From: Nitrosopumilus sp.
GTDB lineage: Archaea > Thermoproteota > Nitrososphaeria > Nitrososphaerales > Nitrosopumilaceae
NCBI GenBank assembly: GCA_965205425.1
Contig: CBDBGZ010000009.1
Location: 288,001 to 352,000 of the forward strand
Length of the DNA stretch: 64,000 bases
Direction of reading: 5' to 3'
Under the pieces are notes generated by a model. That model ran no database searches. It had not been told where the DNA came from and saw only the letters and a list, made by a program, of their open reading frames with translations. Shown piece after piece: positions 39,090 to 49,995 of this stretch. Positions within the stretch are counted from its first letter, which is position 1. Every line of letters starts with the position of its first letter. Both the position numbers and the translations under genes were made by a program.

Positions 39090-39646
39090 AGTAATTTCCT
39101 CACTGTTTCTTTTGTCACATCAATTACTTGTTGTGCGGTTAAATTATCTGTGTTTATTATTAAATCAAATACAGATTTGTCTTCACCAAAATCAAAATCA
39201 TACAGTTTTTTGTATAATGCTTTATTCTTATCAAATCTCTCTTTAGTAATTTCATAGGCATCTTCTGGGCTCATACTATCTCTTGTTTGCATTCTTTTTG
39301 TGCTACTTTCATGAGATCCTTCCAACCAAATTCTAATTCCATTTTTGATTAACCAAGGTAAAGTATAGCTAGTGATTACCATTCCACCTTGATTAAAAAG
39401 ACCAATTAATTTTTCATCCAATTTTTTATCAAATTCAGAATTTTGTTCACGTTGGTTTAGAAATTTCATTCCATCTTCTGTATCCCACCAATCATCACCC
39501 TTAGAATCAAATCCATGTTCATTTGCCATTTCCTTTAGCACATCTCCTCCACTGAGATACTTTAATTGAAATTCTTCTGCTAAACCTTTAGCAACAGTTG
39601 TTTTTCCCACTGCGGGAGGACCAGAAATAACAATAGATTTGGTCAA
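39086..39646 (-). CDS. cmk: Cytidylate kinase
   Basis: ISGPPAVGKTT P-loop; conserved position after DUF106. Confidence 0.88.
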   Translation of the reverse strand: MTKSIVISGPPAVGKTTVAKGLAEEFQLKYLSGGDVLKEMANEHGFDSKGDDWWDTEDGMKFLNQREQNSEFDKKLDEKLIGLFNQGGMVITSYTLPWLIKNGIRIWLEGSHESSTKRMQTRDSMSPEDAYEITKERFDKNKALYKKLYDFDFGEDKSVFDLIINTDNLTAQQVIDVTKETVRKLL

Positions 39647-40266
39647 CTGAGATCCATTGAGGTCTTTGTTAGTCTCATGATAATCCCACTAAATGCAATG
39701 GATGAAAGGAAATACCAAGCCCATAGATACAATGCATTTTCTGTTGTACAAACATGATCTACATCTGCGGCTTGTTCAGCAGTGCATGTTAATTGGAACA
39801 TATCTCCAGGAATAACATTTAGTGGAATTGGGGATACAGCAACAGTATAAGCAAATAGTTGCGGTAACACAAGATAAAATATCAAAATTAATGGAACAAA
39901 AGTAATCATCATTGGTCTCATGTTCATCTGCATCATCTCCATTGACATTTTGTTCATGTAGGATGATTTTTTTCCCAATTCAGCAATCTTTGCTTGGTCT
40001 TTAGATCTCATCGCAGCCATTCTTTCTTTTTGCCAACCACGAGTTTCTTTCATAATTCGTTTTAGCTTAACTTGGTCAACCATCTTCTTTCTAACTCCAG
40101 CATTGAAGATGTTCAATAGAATACCAAATCCAGTAACAGCAAACATTGAAAGAATCAATCCTTTGACGATAGGATCATCACTACCCAAAGCCTGTCTTTC
40201 ACCTCCAAAAATATCAAATTGTAGAGGTATAGATTCGATGAAAAGTAGAATAAAGTTAAAATCCAT
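39643..40266 (-). CDS. EMC3/TMCO1 (DUF106, Oxa1 superfamily) membrane insertase
   Basis: TM, coiled coil, MRPMMITFVP, WYFLSS. Confidence 0.88.
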   Translation of the reverse strand: MDFNFILLFIESIPLQFDIFGGERQALGSDDPIVKGLILSMFAVTGFGILLNIFNAGVRKKMVDQVKLKRIMKETRGWQKERMAAMRSKDQAKIAELGKKSSYMNKMSMEMMQMNMRPMMITFVPLILIFYLVLPQLFAYTVAVSPIPLNVIPGDMFQLTCTAEQAADVDHVCTTENALYLWAWYFLSSIAFSGIIMRLTKTSMDLS

Positions 40267-40269
40267 TTT

Positions 40270-40875
40270 TTACAGTCCTATTGCACTAATGATTTTATCA
40301 GCAGCTTCATCAACCTTTCCCTCACGATTGAGGATGTATTTGACAGGAGAGCCAGAAATTACCATACAGGATGCAATTATTCCTGATTGAGCGTCTAATT
40401 CTTTCTTAATATTGGCAAGAGTAATTTTATCTCGATTTCGTGTATCGTCACTCATTCGTCTATTGTAGATTTCTTCAGGTTTTGCTGAAACTGAAACAAA
40501 GTTTGTTGGTTGGATAATTTTGAGAACATGTTCTGGTAGACCAGGATAGTATCCTTCTGCAGAACTAATGAATGCATGAGTATCAATAATTACAACATCT
40601 TCATCATGTTGAGCAATTTTTTCTGCTGCAAGTTTTTGTAATCTTTGTTGTTCAGCGACAGGTAGTTTTCTTAATCCATCTCTATCTTTAAGACTATTTT
40701 CTTTTGCAACATCAAACATCAAAGTTCCAAAACTTAGAACGCTGACACTTTTTTTATGGTTTTTAATAATTTCTGCCATTTTGGTTAACAAGGTAGTTTT
40801 CCCAACTCCAGGTATTCCTACCATTACAACTTTTTTATTTTCTGCCAAGTAGAGCACCCAAACGCGGCATTGCAA
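40270..40875 (-). CDS. adkA: Adenylate kinase (archaeal type)
   Basis: GIPGVGKTT, IDTH, GYYPGLP. Confidence 0.93.
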   Translation of the reverse strand: MQCRVWVLYLAENKKVVMVGIPGVGKTTLLTKMAEIIKNHKKSVSVLSFGTLMFDVAKENSLKDRDGLRKLPVAEQQRLQKLAAEKIAQHDEDVVIIDTHAFISSAEGYYPGLPEHVLKIIQPTNFVSVSAKPEEIYNRRMSDDTRNRDKITLANIKKELDAQSGIIASCMVISGSPVKYILNREGKVDEAADKIISAIGL

Positions 40876-42268
40876 CTTCGACTTGTTCTCTAACTAATTG
40901 TGTGTAATAGTTGATGAGAATATCCACCATAAGTAAAATTCCGATTCCAGAACCAAAGACACCAAGAACATCAGATACACCTGCTAAGAGACCCAATATC
41001 ATTGAGCCAATAATGGTTACGGATGGAATGTACTTGTTTAGTAAAGCTTCAACAGGTTTGTTTGATCTTCTAAATCCAGGAATTTGTACATCTGCATCAA
41101 GTAAGTTTTGTGCAGCACTCTTTGGAGATAAACCACCAAGCTCTACCCATAATCTACCAAACACAACTACAATTCCAATCATAAATAGAACATAACCAAC
41201 TGCACGCATTGGATCTAATGCTGCAACATCCAAACCTCTTGGAGGAGTGATGAAATAGATGATACCACCTATTGGAGTGTTAGGACTAGTAGGATCAAAT
41301 TGCGCTATAAAATTCATGAAGAAATTATTATTCCGCGGGTTCATGTTCGCCCAAAGCATTTGGAAAATGAAAACCGCGTTTGCAGTAAGTGCAGATGCTA
41401 AAATGACTGGAATGTTTGAAACATACATCATTTTGATTGGATAAACAGCAGAGAAGCCTCTGTATTTTGTTGAAACAATTGGGATTTCAATTTTCATTCC
41501 TTGTGTAAATACCAAAATCAACAAGATTCCTGCAGTCAGACACAATCCAAAGATACTCGGAAGTTGATTAGAACGGAATAGAATATTTGTAATATCTCCA
41601 CTACCTGTAAGAGATTGTACAATGTATGGAATAATACCAATCATCCCTCCATCTCCAGCAGGTAACGGACTGAACATACTCCAAAGAATTTGTTGAGCTA
41701 CACCTGCCATAATGAAAAGACTGATTCCACTTCCAAGACCCCAACCCTTCTGGATTAACTCGTCTAAGAACATGATAATAACCGACGCCGCCATCAGCTG
41801 CCCTATAATCACATAGAGAACATATGGTTCAGTTATTCCTGGACCATATACTGCTGCTGCATATACAATAGATTCTGCAACAATTACAACATAAGTTACC
41901 ATCTTAGTAGCAGTCTGGAAGATACCTCTTTCTTCTGGTTTTTTGAAATCAAATTTGAGAATGTCTGAACCTCTCAATAATTGCATCAAGAGACCAGATG
42001 TAACTATAGGCCCAATCCCCAGTTCTACAAGTGTACCTTGTTGTGATGCAAAAATAACTCTAGCAAACGCTAGGAAATCAAATTGTGGTGCTGTTGCTCC
42101 AAATAATGGAGTTTGTCCCATTATCATATAGATGAGTAATGCAATTCCACACCAAAGCAATCTGACTTGTAGTGGGATTTTCTTTTTAGGTTTTGGGACT
42201 TGAGGAAGATATGGTTCTGCCTTGAAAACCATTTTTCGAATGACGGTAGTGATAGTACCCTCAGCCAT
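40835..42268 (-). CDS. secY: Protein translocase subunit SecY
   Basis: ELGIGPIVT, GLGSGISLFI, IPGFR. Confidence 0.97.
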   Translation of the reverse strand: MAEGTITTVIRKMVFKAEPYLPQVPKPKKKIPLQVRLLWCGIALLIYMIMGQTPLFGATAPQFDFLAFARVIFASQQGTLVELGIGPIVTSGLLMQLLRGSDILKFDFKKPEERGIFQTATKMVTYVVIVAESIVYAAAVYGPGITEPYVLYVIIGQLMAASVIIMFLDELIQKGWGLGSGISLFIMAGVAQQILWSMFSPLPAGDGGMIGIIPYIVQSLTGSGDITNILFRSNQLPSIFGLCLTAGILLILVFTQGMKIEIPIVSTKYRGFSAVYPIKMMYVSNIPVILASALTANAVFIFQMLWANMNPRNNNFFMNFIAQFDPTSPNTPIGGIIYFITPPRGLDVAALDPMRAVGYVLFMIGIVVVFGRLWVELGGLSPKSAAQNLLDADVQIPGFRRSNKPVEALLNKYIPSVTIIGSMILGLLAGVSDVLGVFGSGIGILLMVDILINYYTQLVREQVEVAMPRLGALLGRK

Positions 42269-42686
42269 TTTCAGTTAACACTTCTCCCCCAACAGCTTTT
42301 AGTTTCTCTTCTGCAGATGCTGTAAATTGTTGAATTTTGACGGAATATGCATTTGTGATTTTTCCGCCTCCAAGGAGTTTGTCGTATCCTGCACTTTCAA
42401 GGTCTACGATTTTTTTGCCTCCTTCTTCTTTACCGAACATCATGAACAAGTCATCTAGATCTCTAACGCTAGTCCATTTTTTGATAATATTTGGGTGAGG
42501 TGTTTTAGGGATACTGTGGTTGTAATGATCTGGATCTTCTTTCATCATAGTACTTCTATGATGTTTCTTCATACCAGTAATTCCAAGACCACCTTTGTGA
42601 CCACTTGCACGATGTTGACCTACTTGTCCCCATCCCATGTGTCGTCCGCCTCTAAGACGTCTTGTTTTTCGTAATCTAGATGCCAT
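42261..42686 (-). CDS. rpl15: 50S ribosomal protein L15
   Basis: RRLRGGRHMGWG, KLLGGG. Confidence 0.95.
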   Translation of the reverse strand: MASRLRKTRRLRGGRHMGWGQVGQHRASGHKGGLGITGMKKHHRSTMMKEDPDHYNHSIPKTPHPNIIKKWTSVRDLDDLFMMFGKEEGGKKIVDLESAGYDKLLGGGKITNAYSVKIQQFTASAEEKLKAVGGEVLTENG

Positions 42687-42687
42687 G

Positions 42688-43155
42688 TTAAATCATTCTC
42701 CTTACAATAGTGTCAAGTTCTTTATTTTGTCCAAGTACTCCTTTCTGTCCATAAAGTTTCTTGGTACTTCTTTTGAATCCATGTACAGGAGGTGCTAAAG
42801 CAAACCATGGTTTGAGTGGTTTTAATTTTGACAATGTTGCTTTACCTTCAGCCAAAGCTGCTCCCAATTCTGCAGTACTTGAAAATCCTAATTCTTTCAA
42901 ATCTTCAGCAGTTACTTTTTGATAACCACCTTTTCTTGCTTTCTTTTCTAATAGTTCAGTTGCTAAAGATGCGTCAATTTCAACCCAAGAAACATAGTGT
43001 TGTACTTTTCTTAACATTCCCAAAGTATTATCTTTGGCAGGAAGGATAGTTGCACGATATCTTTTGTCTAATTTTAACAAAGTCATTGTAGTGGTTGCCC
43101 AGTATGGACAATCTGCTTGACCTTTTATTCTAACAACGAGATATGCATTTGCCAT
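42688..43155 (-). CDS. rpl30: 50S ribosomal protein L30
   Basis: VVRIKG, GMLRKVQHYVSW, LAPPVHGF. Confidence 0.93.
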   Translation of the reverse strand: MANAYLVVRIKGQADCPYWATTTMTLLKLDKRYRATILPAKDNTLGMLRKVQHYVSWVEIDASLATELLEKKARKGGYQKVTAEDLKELGFSSTAELGAALAEGKATLSKLKPLKPWFALAPPVHGFKRSTKKLYGQKGVLGQNKELDTIVRRMI

Positions 43156-43161
43156 TCTTTA

Positions 43162-43899
43162 TCAACCCTGACTAAATGTCTGTCTTAGACAATCCAATAT
43201 TGCTTTTGAAGTTGAATTCATGGTAGGTGTTGAACCTTTTGCAGTAGTCCATGCATCTTTAAGACCAGCTAATTCCAATAATCGTTTAATTTTACCGCCT
43301 GCTACTAGACCTAATCCACGAGGAGCAGGAATAATTTCAATTGTAACACTGCCACCTTTTCCTTTTACTTTGAATGGTACAGAATGTTTTTGATCACATC
43401 TACATTCCCAACTGCCACATCCCATTTTGATTGGTTGTACGTTTAGGAAAGCTTGACTAGTTGCTTTTTCAATTGCAATTCTCATTTGTTTTGATTTACC
43501 TTGGCCAATTCCCAAGTATCCATTTTCATTTCCTGCTGCAACAATTGCTTTGAATCTAGTTGATTGACCATTTGAAGTCATTTTTTGAATAATACCTACA
43601 TCAACAACTTCACTTTTCAAATCAGGTAACAGTTTCTTAATAATTCCTGATTCTTGAACTCTTAATCCTAATTCAATAATTTCTTCTAATGATGTAATTT
43701 CTCCAGAGTTAACTTTTTGTCCCAAAATAGTTTTTGGAACCCAAACTTCTTCTTCTGGCTCTCTTCTTGGTCTTCTTGGACGATCTTTAGCTCCTCCTGG
43801 TGGGCCTCTTCCATATACTGGTGGGCCTCTTCCACGTTGACCTTGTCCGCCTTGACCGGGTTTTGATTGTCCTGGTTTTGATTGTGCAGTTTGACTCAT
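43162..43899 (-). CDS. rps5: 30S ribosomal protein S5
   Basis: WVPKTILG, GCGSWEC, PAPRGLGLV. Confidence 0.96.
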   Translation of the reverse strand: MSQTAQSKPGQSKPGQGGQGQRGRGPPVYGRGPPGGAKDRPRRPRREPEEEVWVPKTILGQKVNSGEITSLEEIIELGLRVQESGIIKKLLPDLKSEVVDVGIIQKMTSNGQSTRFKAIVAAGNENGYLGIGQGKSKQMRIAIEKATSQAFLNVQPIKMGCGSWECRCDQKHSVPFKVKGKGGSVTIEIIPAPRGLGLVAGGKIKRLLELAGLKDAWTTAKGSTPTMNSTSKAILDCLRQTFSQG

Positions 43900-43901
43900 T
43901 T

Positions 43902-44384
43902 CTATTTGACCTCACTATCAATTGCAGATTTTATTTTTGAAACTTCATTTTTTACTGTTAAATGTTCACCGTTAATTCTTTCTTCAGCTGGGAATGATTC
44001 TGGATCAGCTGGGACTTGAAGGCCTGCATCAACTAATCCTTTGAGAGCAGCTGCCATTCTTTGAGTAAATCTTTTAGTTCCAGTATACAAAATAGCATCC
44101 TTTGCACCTTTTCCTATTGCCTTCTTACCTGCCAAGTAACCTGTAAGATATGCAGCTGGTACACTTTTTCTAGAACCTTTCCATCCTTTTTCAAGTAGAT
44201 ATCTAGAATGAGCAGAAGCTACAACTTTGTCTCCAGTCATCCCAGGTGTGAGAATTTGGACTTGAGTATTTTCATTAGTAATATTTACAGTGATAAAATC
44301 GCGTTTACCCATCAACATGGTTCCACGTTTTCTATAATTGGTCTTTTCCTCTCTTAATCTTCTTAATATTTTTGAATAGGCCAT
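43902..44384 (-). CDS. rpl18: 50S ribosomal protein L18
   Basis: KTNYRKR, PAAYLTG. Confidence 0.95.
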   Translation of the reverse strand: MAYSKILRRLREEKTNYRKRGTMLMGKRDFITVNITNENTQVQILTPGMTGDKVVASAHSRYLLEKGWKGSRKSVPAAYLTGYLAGKKAIGKGAKDAILYTGTKRFTQRMAAALKGLVDAGLQVPADPESFPAEERINGEHLTVKNEVSKIKSAIDSEVK

Positions 44385-44420
44385 CTATAGAAACCGAGTT
44401 TGAATCTGCTCTTATATACG

Positions 44421-45335
44421 TTAAGCGCGAATCAGAGCAACTAGCAAAGCTTTCTGAGTATGTAGACGATTTTCTGCCTCATCCCATACAACAGATTGTG
44501 GACCATCAATTACAGATGAAGTAACTTCTTGTTCTCGTTTTGCCGGAAGACAATGTAAAAAGATCGCATCTTTTTTTGCAGACTTTAACAATTTGTCATT
44601 TACCTGATACTTTGGCAAGAATTTTTTTAATCTTTTCTTATCAAGATTGTGAATTGATGCGAAGGTATCAGCAACTACTACATCTGCATTTTTAGTTGCA
44701 ACAAAAGGATCAGTTGTTAATTCAATGTTGGTTGTTTTCTTGGCTTCTTTGATGACAGTTTTGTCTGGTTCAAAGCCTTTAGGAGTTGCAATTGACATGT
44801 TTACTCCAGATAAAGCCGCACCGTAAACCATAGAGTTACATACATTGTTACCATCACCAATCCATGCAATTTTTAGTCCCTTGAGTTTTTTCTTTTTTTC
44901 TTTTATCGTCATAAAGTCTGCCAATATTTGGCAAGGATGAAAAGTATCAGATAGTCCATTAATCACAGGTACACTTGCATGCTTTGCTAATTTTTCAAGT
45001 AAATCATGGTCATAGACACGCGCCATTATACAATTTGTATATCGTGAAAGAGTTTTTGCAGTGTCTTCAACTGATTCTCCACGAGATAATTGCATGTCAT
45101 TTGATGATAAATTCACTGCATGTCCTCCTAACTGATACATACCAACTTCAAAACTAACACGTGTTCGAGTAGATGGTTTTTGGAAAATCATTGTTAAGGT
45201 TTTATTTTTTAGGGTTGGTTTGTTTCCATTTTTTTTGAGTTCTTTTTTTAATTTAATAGAGTCATCGATTAATCCTACAAATTCCTTTGGGGCTAGTTCC
45301 GCTAAAGTGAGTAAATCTTTTGTTTTTAGTTTCAT
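44421..45335 (-). CDS. argF: Ornithine carbamoyltransferase
   Basis: [16 protein letters not shown]. Confidence 0.95.
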   Translation of the reverse strand: MKLKTKDLLTLAELAPKEFVGLIDDSIKLKKELKKNGNKPTLKNKTLTMIFQKPSTRTRVSFEVGMYQLGGHAVNLSSNDMQLSRGESVEDTAKTLSRYTNCIMARVYDHDLLEKLAKHASVPVINGLSDTFHPCQILADFMTIKEKKKKLKGLKIAWIGDGNNVCNSMVYGAALSGVNMSIATPKGFEPDKTVIKEAKKTTNIELTTDPFVATKNADVVVADTFASIHNLDKKRLKKFLPKYQVNDKLLKSAKKDAIFLHCLPAKREQEVTSSVIDGPQSVVWDEAENRLHTQKALLVALIRA

Positions 45336-46723
45336 TTCTTAAAGAATCCGAATCTTCCTCGTTTCTTTTCAGGTTTTTCTTCTTTATCATGTTTTTGTAT
45401 TTCTTCATCTTCAACATCATCTACATCATTGACTTTGTTTGATTCTCCAGGTTTAGGTCGGTCATTTTTAATCCACTGACGAATATTGTTACCAAGATTG
45501 ATTGCATCCTTGTCATTTTCTGGTGGAGTGATTTTAAATAGTTCAGAATAAGTTGTAATGTCATCATCTTTGATTCCATCAAAGGGATCATCAGAAGTTT
45601 GTGTTGGTTCAGGTTCTGGTGTTGGTTCTGGTGTTGGTTCTGGTGTTGGTTCTGGTGTTGGTTCTGGTGTTGGTTCTGGTGTTGGTTCTGGTGTTGGTTC
45701 TGGTGTTGGTTCTGGTGTTGGTTCTGGTGTTGGTTCTGGTGTTGGTTCAGGTTCTGGTGTTGGTTCTGGTGTTGGTTCAGGTTCTGATTCATTAGTTTTT
45801 GTAACATCTACATCATCTAGAGAACCAAAAACTGTTTCTAGAAAAAGTTCCCTATCAAAGGGTTTAAGATCAGGATATTCTTGCCCAACTCCAACATAAA
45901 GTACAGGAGTGGAAGTTACTTTTACAATAGATAAAGCAGCACCGCCTTTTGCATCAGCATCACTCTTTGTTAAAATCGAACCATCAAAATTGACATGTTT
46001 ATGGAATTCACGAGCTTGATTTACAGTATCATTTCCTGCCAATGAATCACCTACGAAAATTTTCATATCTGGGTTTACTACTTTGGTAATTTTTTCAATT
46101 TGCTGCATTAAATTTTCACTTGTCTGCATTCTTCCAGCAGTATCAATTAGCACAACATCTGTTTTGTGAGACTTTGCATATAGTACTGCATCACGTGCAA
46201 CAGCTGCTGGATCTGAATTATAATTTTGAGCAACCAATTTTAGATTAAGTCGTTTAGTATGTTCGCGTAATTGTTCAATTGCACCTGCTCGGAAAGTATC
46301 AGATGCTGCAACAACAACAGAATATTTTGCTTCTTTTAACAGATGTGCAACTTTAGCTAATGAAGTGGTCTTTCCAGTACCATTAATTCCAACAAATAAA
46401 ATCAAAAAAGGTTGTTCTTGTTTCTTTTTTTCATTAATTTTTTCGAAAAGATCAAATTCGCCAGCAGCATCAAACAAAGAAGAAATACTTGAAATTAAAC
46501 TGTCTTTGACAAATTTTTCAATTTCATGCTTGTCTACTTTAGAACCAATTAATTTTTCTTTGAGATCAGATTTAATGGAATCAATAACTTCAGTTGCAAC
46601 ATCAGATTCTAAGAGAGATATTTCTAATTCAAAAAGAATATCTTCAATGTCTTTGTCATTAAGTTCTTTTTCTCCAAGACTTTTCGCTGCATTTGAAAAT
46701 GCACTACGAAGTTTATCAAACAT
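45332..46723 (-). CDS. ftsY: SRP receptor FtsY with C-terminal acidic/PEPT-repeat extension
   Basis: [25 protein letters not shown]. Confidence 0.95.
   Translation of the reverse strand: MFDKLRSAFSNAAKSLGEKELNDKDIEDILFELEISLLESDVATEVIDSIKSDLKEKLIGSKVDKHEIEKFVKDSLISSISSLFDAAGEFDLFEKINEKKKQEQPFLILFVGINGTGKTTSLAKVAHLLKEAKYSVVVAASDTFRAGAIEQLREHTKRLNLKLVAQNYNSDPAAVARDAVLYAKSHKTDVVLIDTAGRMQTSENLMQQIEKITKVVNPDMKIFVGDSLAGNDTVNQAREFHKHVNFDGSILTKSDADAKGGAALSIVKVTSTPVLYVGVGQEYPDLKPFDRELFLETVFGSLDDVDVTKTNESEPEPTPEPTPEPEPTPEPTPEPTPEPTPEPTPEPTPEPTPEPTPEPTPEPTPEPTPEPEPTQTSDDPFDGIKDDDITTYSELFKITPPENDKDAINLGNNIRQWIKNDRPKPGESNKVNDVDDVEDEEIQKHDKEEKPEKKRGRFGFFKK
45601..45787. repeat. 12-bp tandem repeat (GGTGTTGGTTCT)n, about 14 copies, encoding PEPT
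   Basis: Directly visible in the sequence. Confidence 0.97.
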
Positions 46724-46726
46724 AGA

Positions 46727-47176
46727 TTATCCCGTAGTTGGAGGCTGTGGTGGTTGTTGCATGGCTTGCATCATTTGATTCATCTGTGCTTTTCCTTGCT
46801 CTAATCGTGATGCTGCATCTTGTTTTTTTGCAACAGTATCTTGTAATGCAATTTCAATTTCTTTGATTCTTGCTTCTAGATAATTAATTGCTGAAGGAAA
46901 ATCTTTTTCAACTGCTACTCCTGCACCAATATTCATAACAATCTTTGAGCTAGATGAAATTTTTGTAGGAACATAAGTGCCCATTCCTATTGGAACTAGA
47001 GTTTCAGATTCTGAATTCTTTCCAAGAGATTGAATTGATTGAATTGAAGCAGTTGCTTCTCTTAAAATATTCATGAAGGTGACTTCTCTTTGAGATAAAT
47101 CAGAAAAATATGTTTCAAGCATTTGCATTTGCTGCATTAATTGCTCAGCCTGTTCTTCACTCATGTCAACAAACAT
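46727..47176 (-). CDS. pfdA: Prefoldin alpha subunit
   Basis: LVPIGMG...IGAGVAVEK hairpins. Confidence 0.92.
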   Translation of the reverse strand: MFVDMSEEQAEQLMQQMQMLETYFSDLSQREVTFMNILREATASIQSIQSLGKNSESETLVPIGMGTYVPTKISSSSKIVMNIGAGVAVEKDFPSAINYLEARIKEIEIALQDTVAKKQDAASRLEQGKAQMNQMMQAMQQPPQPPTTG

Positions 47177-47264
47177 CTTTCAGATGGTTATAAATTCATT
47201 CATAGGTTTGGAAAAAAATTTAATCAAAATAGAATAAAAAATAGAAAAAAATAAAGATTTAACT

Positions 47265-47886
47265 TTATTTTGCTTTAGAGAATCTAGATTCTACTTCATC
47301 CCAATTTACTACATTCCACCATGCCTCAATATAGACAGGTCGTTTGTTTTGGTAGTTGAGATAGTATGCATGTTCCCACACATCACAGCCAAGTAATGGC
47401 ACTAATCCTTCAGTTCTTGGACTAGTTTGGTTTGGCATTGATTTGTACTCAACCTTTCCTGAAGAAGGATTGTATACTAACCATCCCCAACCGCTGCCTT
47501 GAATTACAGCTGTAGTAGATGAAAATTTCTCTTTGAAGTCAGAAAAGCTTCCAAAGGAATCATTGATTGCATCAGCAATAGATCCTCCAGGTTCTCCGCC
47601 TCCATTTGGTTTCATGTTATTCCAAAATAACCTATGGTTATCATAACCACCACCGTTGAAATTAATTGCACCTCTTTGAGCTTCTGGTATTGAATTAATA
47701 TCAGACAAGATGTCAAGGATATCTTTTTCTTGAATATCAGCAGGACATGTTTCAAGAGCTGCATTTAGTTTGTCAGTGTATGCTTGGTGATGTTTTGAAT
47801 GATGAATCTCCATTGTTTTTGCATCAATGTGAGGTTCTAATGCATCATAAGCATATGGCATTTCAGGAAGAGTGTATTTTCCCATA
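47265..47886 (-). CDS. sod: Fe/Mn superoxide dismutase (start at MGKYTLP)
   Basis: HHSKHH, DVWEHAYY. Confidence 0.95.
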
Positions 47887-47948
47887 TACCACATGGAAAA
47901 TTTATTCAATTTATTGCTTTAGTAAGCAATTCATTTTTACTTGTTAGA

Positions 47949-49994
47949 ATGATTAGAAAATTTGTGAAAATATTACTAATTTTCTCATTAACATTAGTAT
48001 TATTTGGAATTTTTATTTTTTCACATTATTTAGAATCAGAAAATGAAATTCACACGTATGTTCAAAGAAGTGTTCCGTTTGTAGGAACTGAAATTCCAAG
48101 ATTAGATGGAATAGATGGTTCAGGGATAAAAATAGCAGTGATTGACACAGGAGTGGATTTCAACCATCCAGATCTTTTTGGATGGGGGCAAGATGGAAAA
48201 GTGATTGGAGGATTTAATTTCATACAAGAAGGCCAACCCCCTCTAGATACTAATGGACATGGGACTCAAGTTGCAGGAGTTATAGCTGCAGATGGAGAAA
48301 TAATAGGCGTAGCACCAAAGGCCAAAATTTTAGCTTACAAAGTTTCCGAAGATGGAGAAGGAGTATCATCAGAGTTAATCATCAGAGCAATTGAGAAAGC
48401 TATAGAAGATGATGCAGATATTATCAATATCAGTTTAGGAGTAAACAAAACAAATTCAAAGATTGAACATGCAGTAAATCTTGCATTAGAAAAAGAAATT
48501 TTTGTAGTAACAGCAGCTGGAAATGATGGACCAGGGTTAGAATCAATTGGAAGTCCAGGAAGAAATTTTGGATCAGTTACAGTTGGTGCAACATATAACA
48601 ATTTGACTTCGAGTTTGGTTGCAACATTAGAAATAGATGAAAAACCATACACAGTAATTCCAATGGTTGGCTCTACAAAATTAGAAGAACCGTTAAGAGA
48701 GAAAATAATTTTTGCAGGTTACGGAAAAGTTACAGATTTTCAAGAACTAGATGTTAATGATGCAATAGTAATTGTTGAAAGAGGAAGTGATGTAGAAGAG
48801 GAGATGTTGTATTTTTCAATCAAAGAAAAGAATGCAGCTGCTGCAGGTGCAAAAGCGATGATTGTTTACAATAATATTCCAGGGATTTTTTTGGGGGAAT
48901 TAGTTCATGAGTTTATAGCGCCAGAATACTCACCTCAAATTCCAGTAGTATCAATTGATAGAGAAGAAGGGCTTGAAATTAAAGAATCACTTTCAGAAGA
49001 CAGTGAGGGAATTTTACAATTATTTTTCAATCCAGATTTTGTTGCACATTTTAGTTCCAGAGGACCAATATCACCATTTTACATAAAACCGGAAATTGTA
49101 GCACCTGGAGCTTACATTAACACCACCCAGAACAATGCAGGATACAACTTTACCAGTGGAACTAGTTATGCTGCTCCTCATGTGAGTGGAGCTGCAGCAT
49201 TATTGCTTCAAAAAAACCCAGATCTTCATCATCATGAAATTAAATCTCTACTACTTACCACAGTTGAGCCTGTTTCTGATGCCTATGGACAAGAATTCTC
49301 CATTCATGAATCAGGTGCAGGTAGATTAGATATTGAAAATGCATACAATGCAAAATTGATCATAGAGCCACCAAACTTTGTAGCTATTACATCATCAGAT
49401 AATAGAATTGTAGAAAAACAATTCCAACTAAAATCAATTGGTGGTTCATGGGATGGTTTTGATGTAACATTTGACGGACCCGAATTTGTAGAGTTTAGTG
49501 GAGAACTCGTAGATAGAGGGATTTTGAAAATTAGGATGAATGTGTTAGAAGACAATTTTGGAGAGCATGAAGGATTAATTATGATAAGTCATGAAGATTC
49601 TCAATACAGAGTTCCATTTTTGTTGCACTTTACACAAGGTTCAATTTCAGTAAACCAACAAAATGAAAAATTATCTTTTGAGATTTATCACCCTGAAGAA
49701 TGGAGCTTTGCAAAAATTTCAGTAATCAATAGTTTTGATGGAAGTACACACACAACAACTACAACACCCCACAAAGAAGCATCAATTGAAGTCTATGAGA
49801 ATTCAGAATATTGGATTGATGCAAAAATTAGAGTTAGCGGTAACACAACAAGTGCATTTAATGTAATTGAAATCAATTCACTTGATGAAAGTCAATCTAG
49901 AATTAACTTTTTAGAAATTCCTGAAAGACAAATACTCATAATCAGCATAGTTTTGGTTGGAATTGCAATTTTTGGAATAATTAAAAGAAGATAA
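47949..49994 (+). CDS. Membrane-anchored subtilisin-like S8 protease with PA domain
   Basis: DTG, HGT and SGTSYAAPHV triad; N- and C-terminal TM helices. Confidence 0.92.
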   Translation: MIRKFVKILLIFSLTLVLFGIFIFSHYLESENEIHTYVQRSVPFVGTEIPRLDGIDGSGIKIAVIDTGVDFNHPDLFGWGQDGKVIGGFNFIQEGQPPLDTNGHGTQVAGVIAADGEIIGVAPKAKILAYKVSEDGEGVSSELIIRAIEKAIEDDADIINISLGVNKTNSKIEHAVNLALEKEIFVVTAAGNDGPGLESIGSPGRNFGSVTVGATYNNLTSSLVATLEIDEKPYTVIPMVGSTKLEEPLREKIIFAGYGKVTDFQELDVNDAIVIVERGSDVEEEMLYFSIKEKNAAAAGAKAMIVYNNIPGIFLGELVHEFIAPEYSPQIPVVSIDREEGLEIKESLSEDSEGILQLFFNPDFVAHFSSRGPISPFYIKPEIVAPGAYINTTQNNAGYNFTSGTSYAAPHVSGAAALLLQKNPDLHHHEIKSLLLTTVEPVSDAYGQEFSIHESGAGRLDIENAYNAKLIIEPPNFVAITSSDNRIVEKQFQLKSIGGSWDGFDVTFDGPEFVEFSGELVDRGILKIRMNVLEDNFGEHEGLIMISHEDSQYRVPFLLHFTQGSISVNQQNEKLSFEIYHPEEWSFAKISVINSFDGSTHTTTTTPHKEASIEVYENSEYWIDAKIRVSGNTTSAFNVIEINSLDESQSRINFLEIPERQILIISIVLVGIAIFGIIKRR

Positions 49995-49995
49995 T

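Noticed and set aside
45421..45899. Alternative-frame ORFs (QNQH, GVGS, WFWC, VLVL repeats)
   Set aside because: Artefacts of the 12-bp tandem repeat inside ftsY
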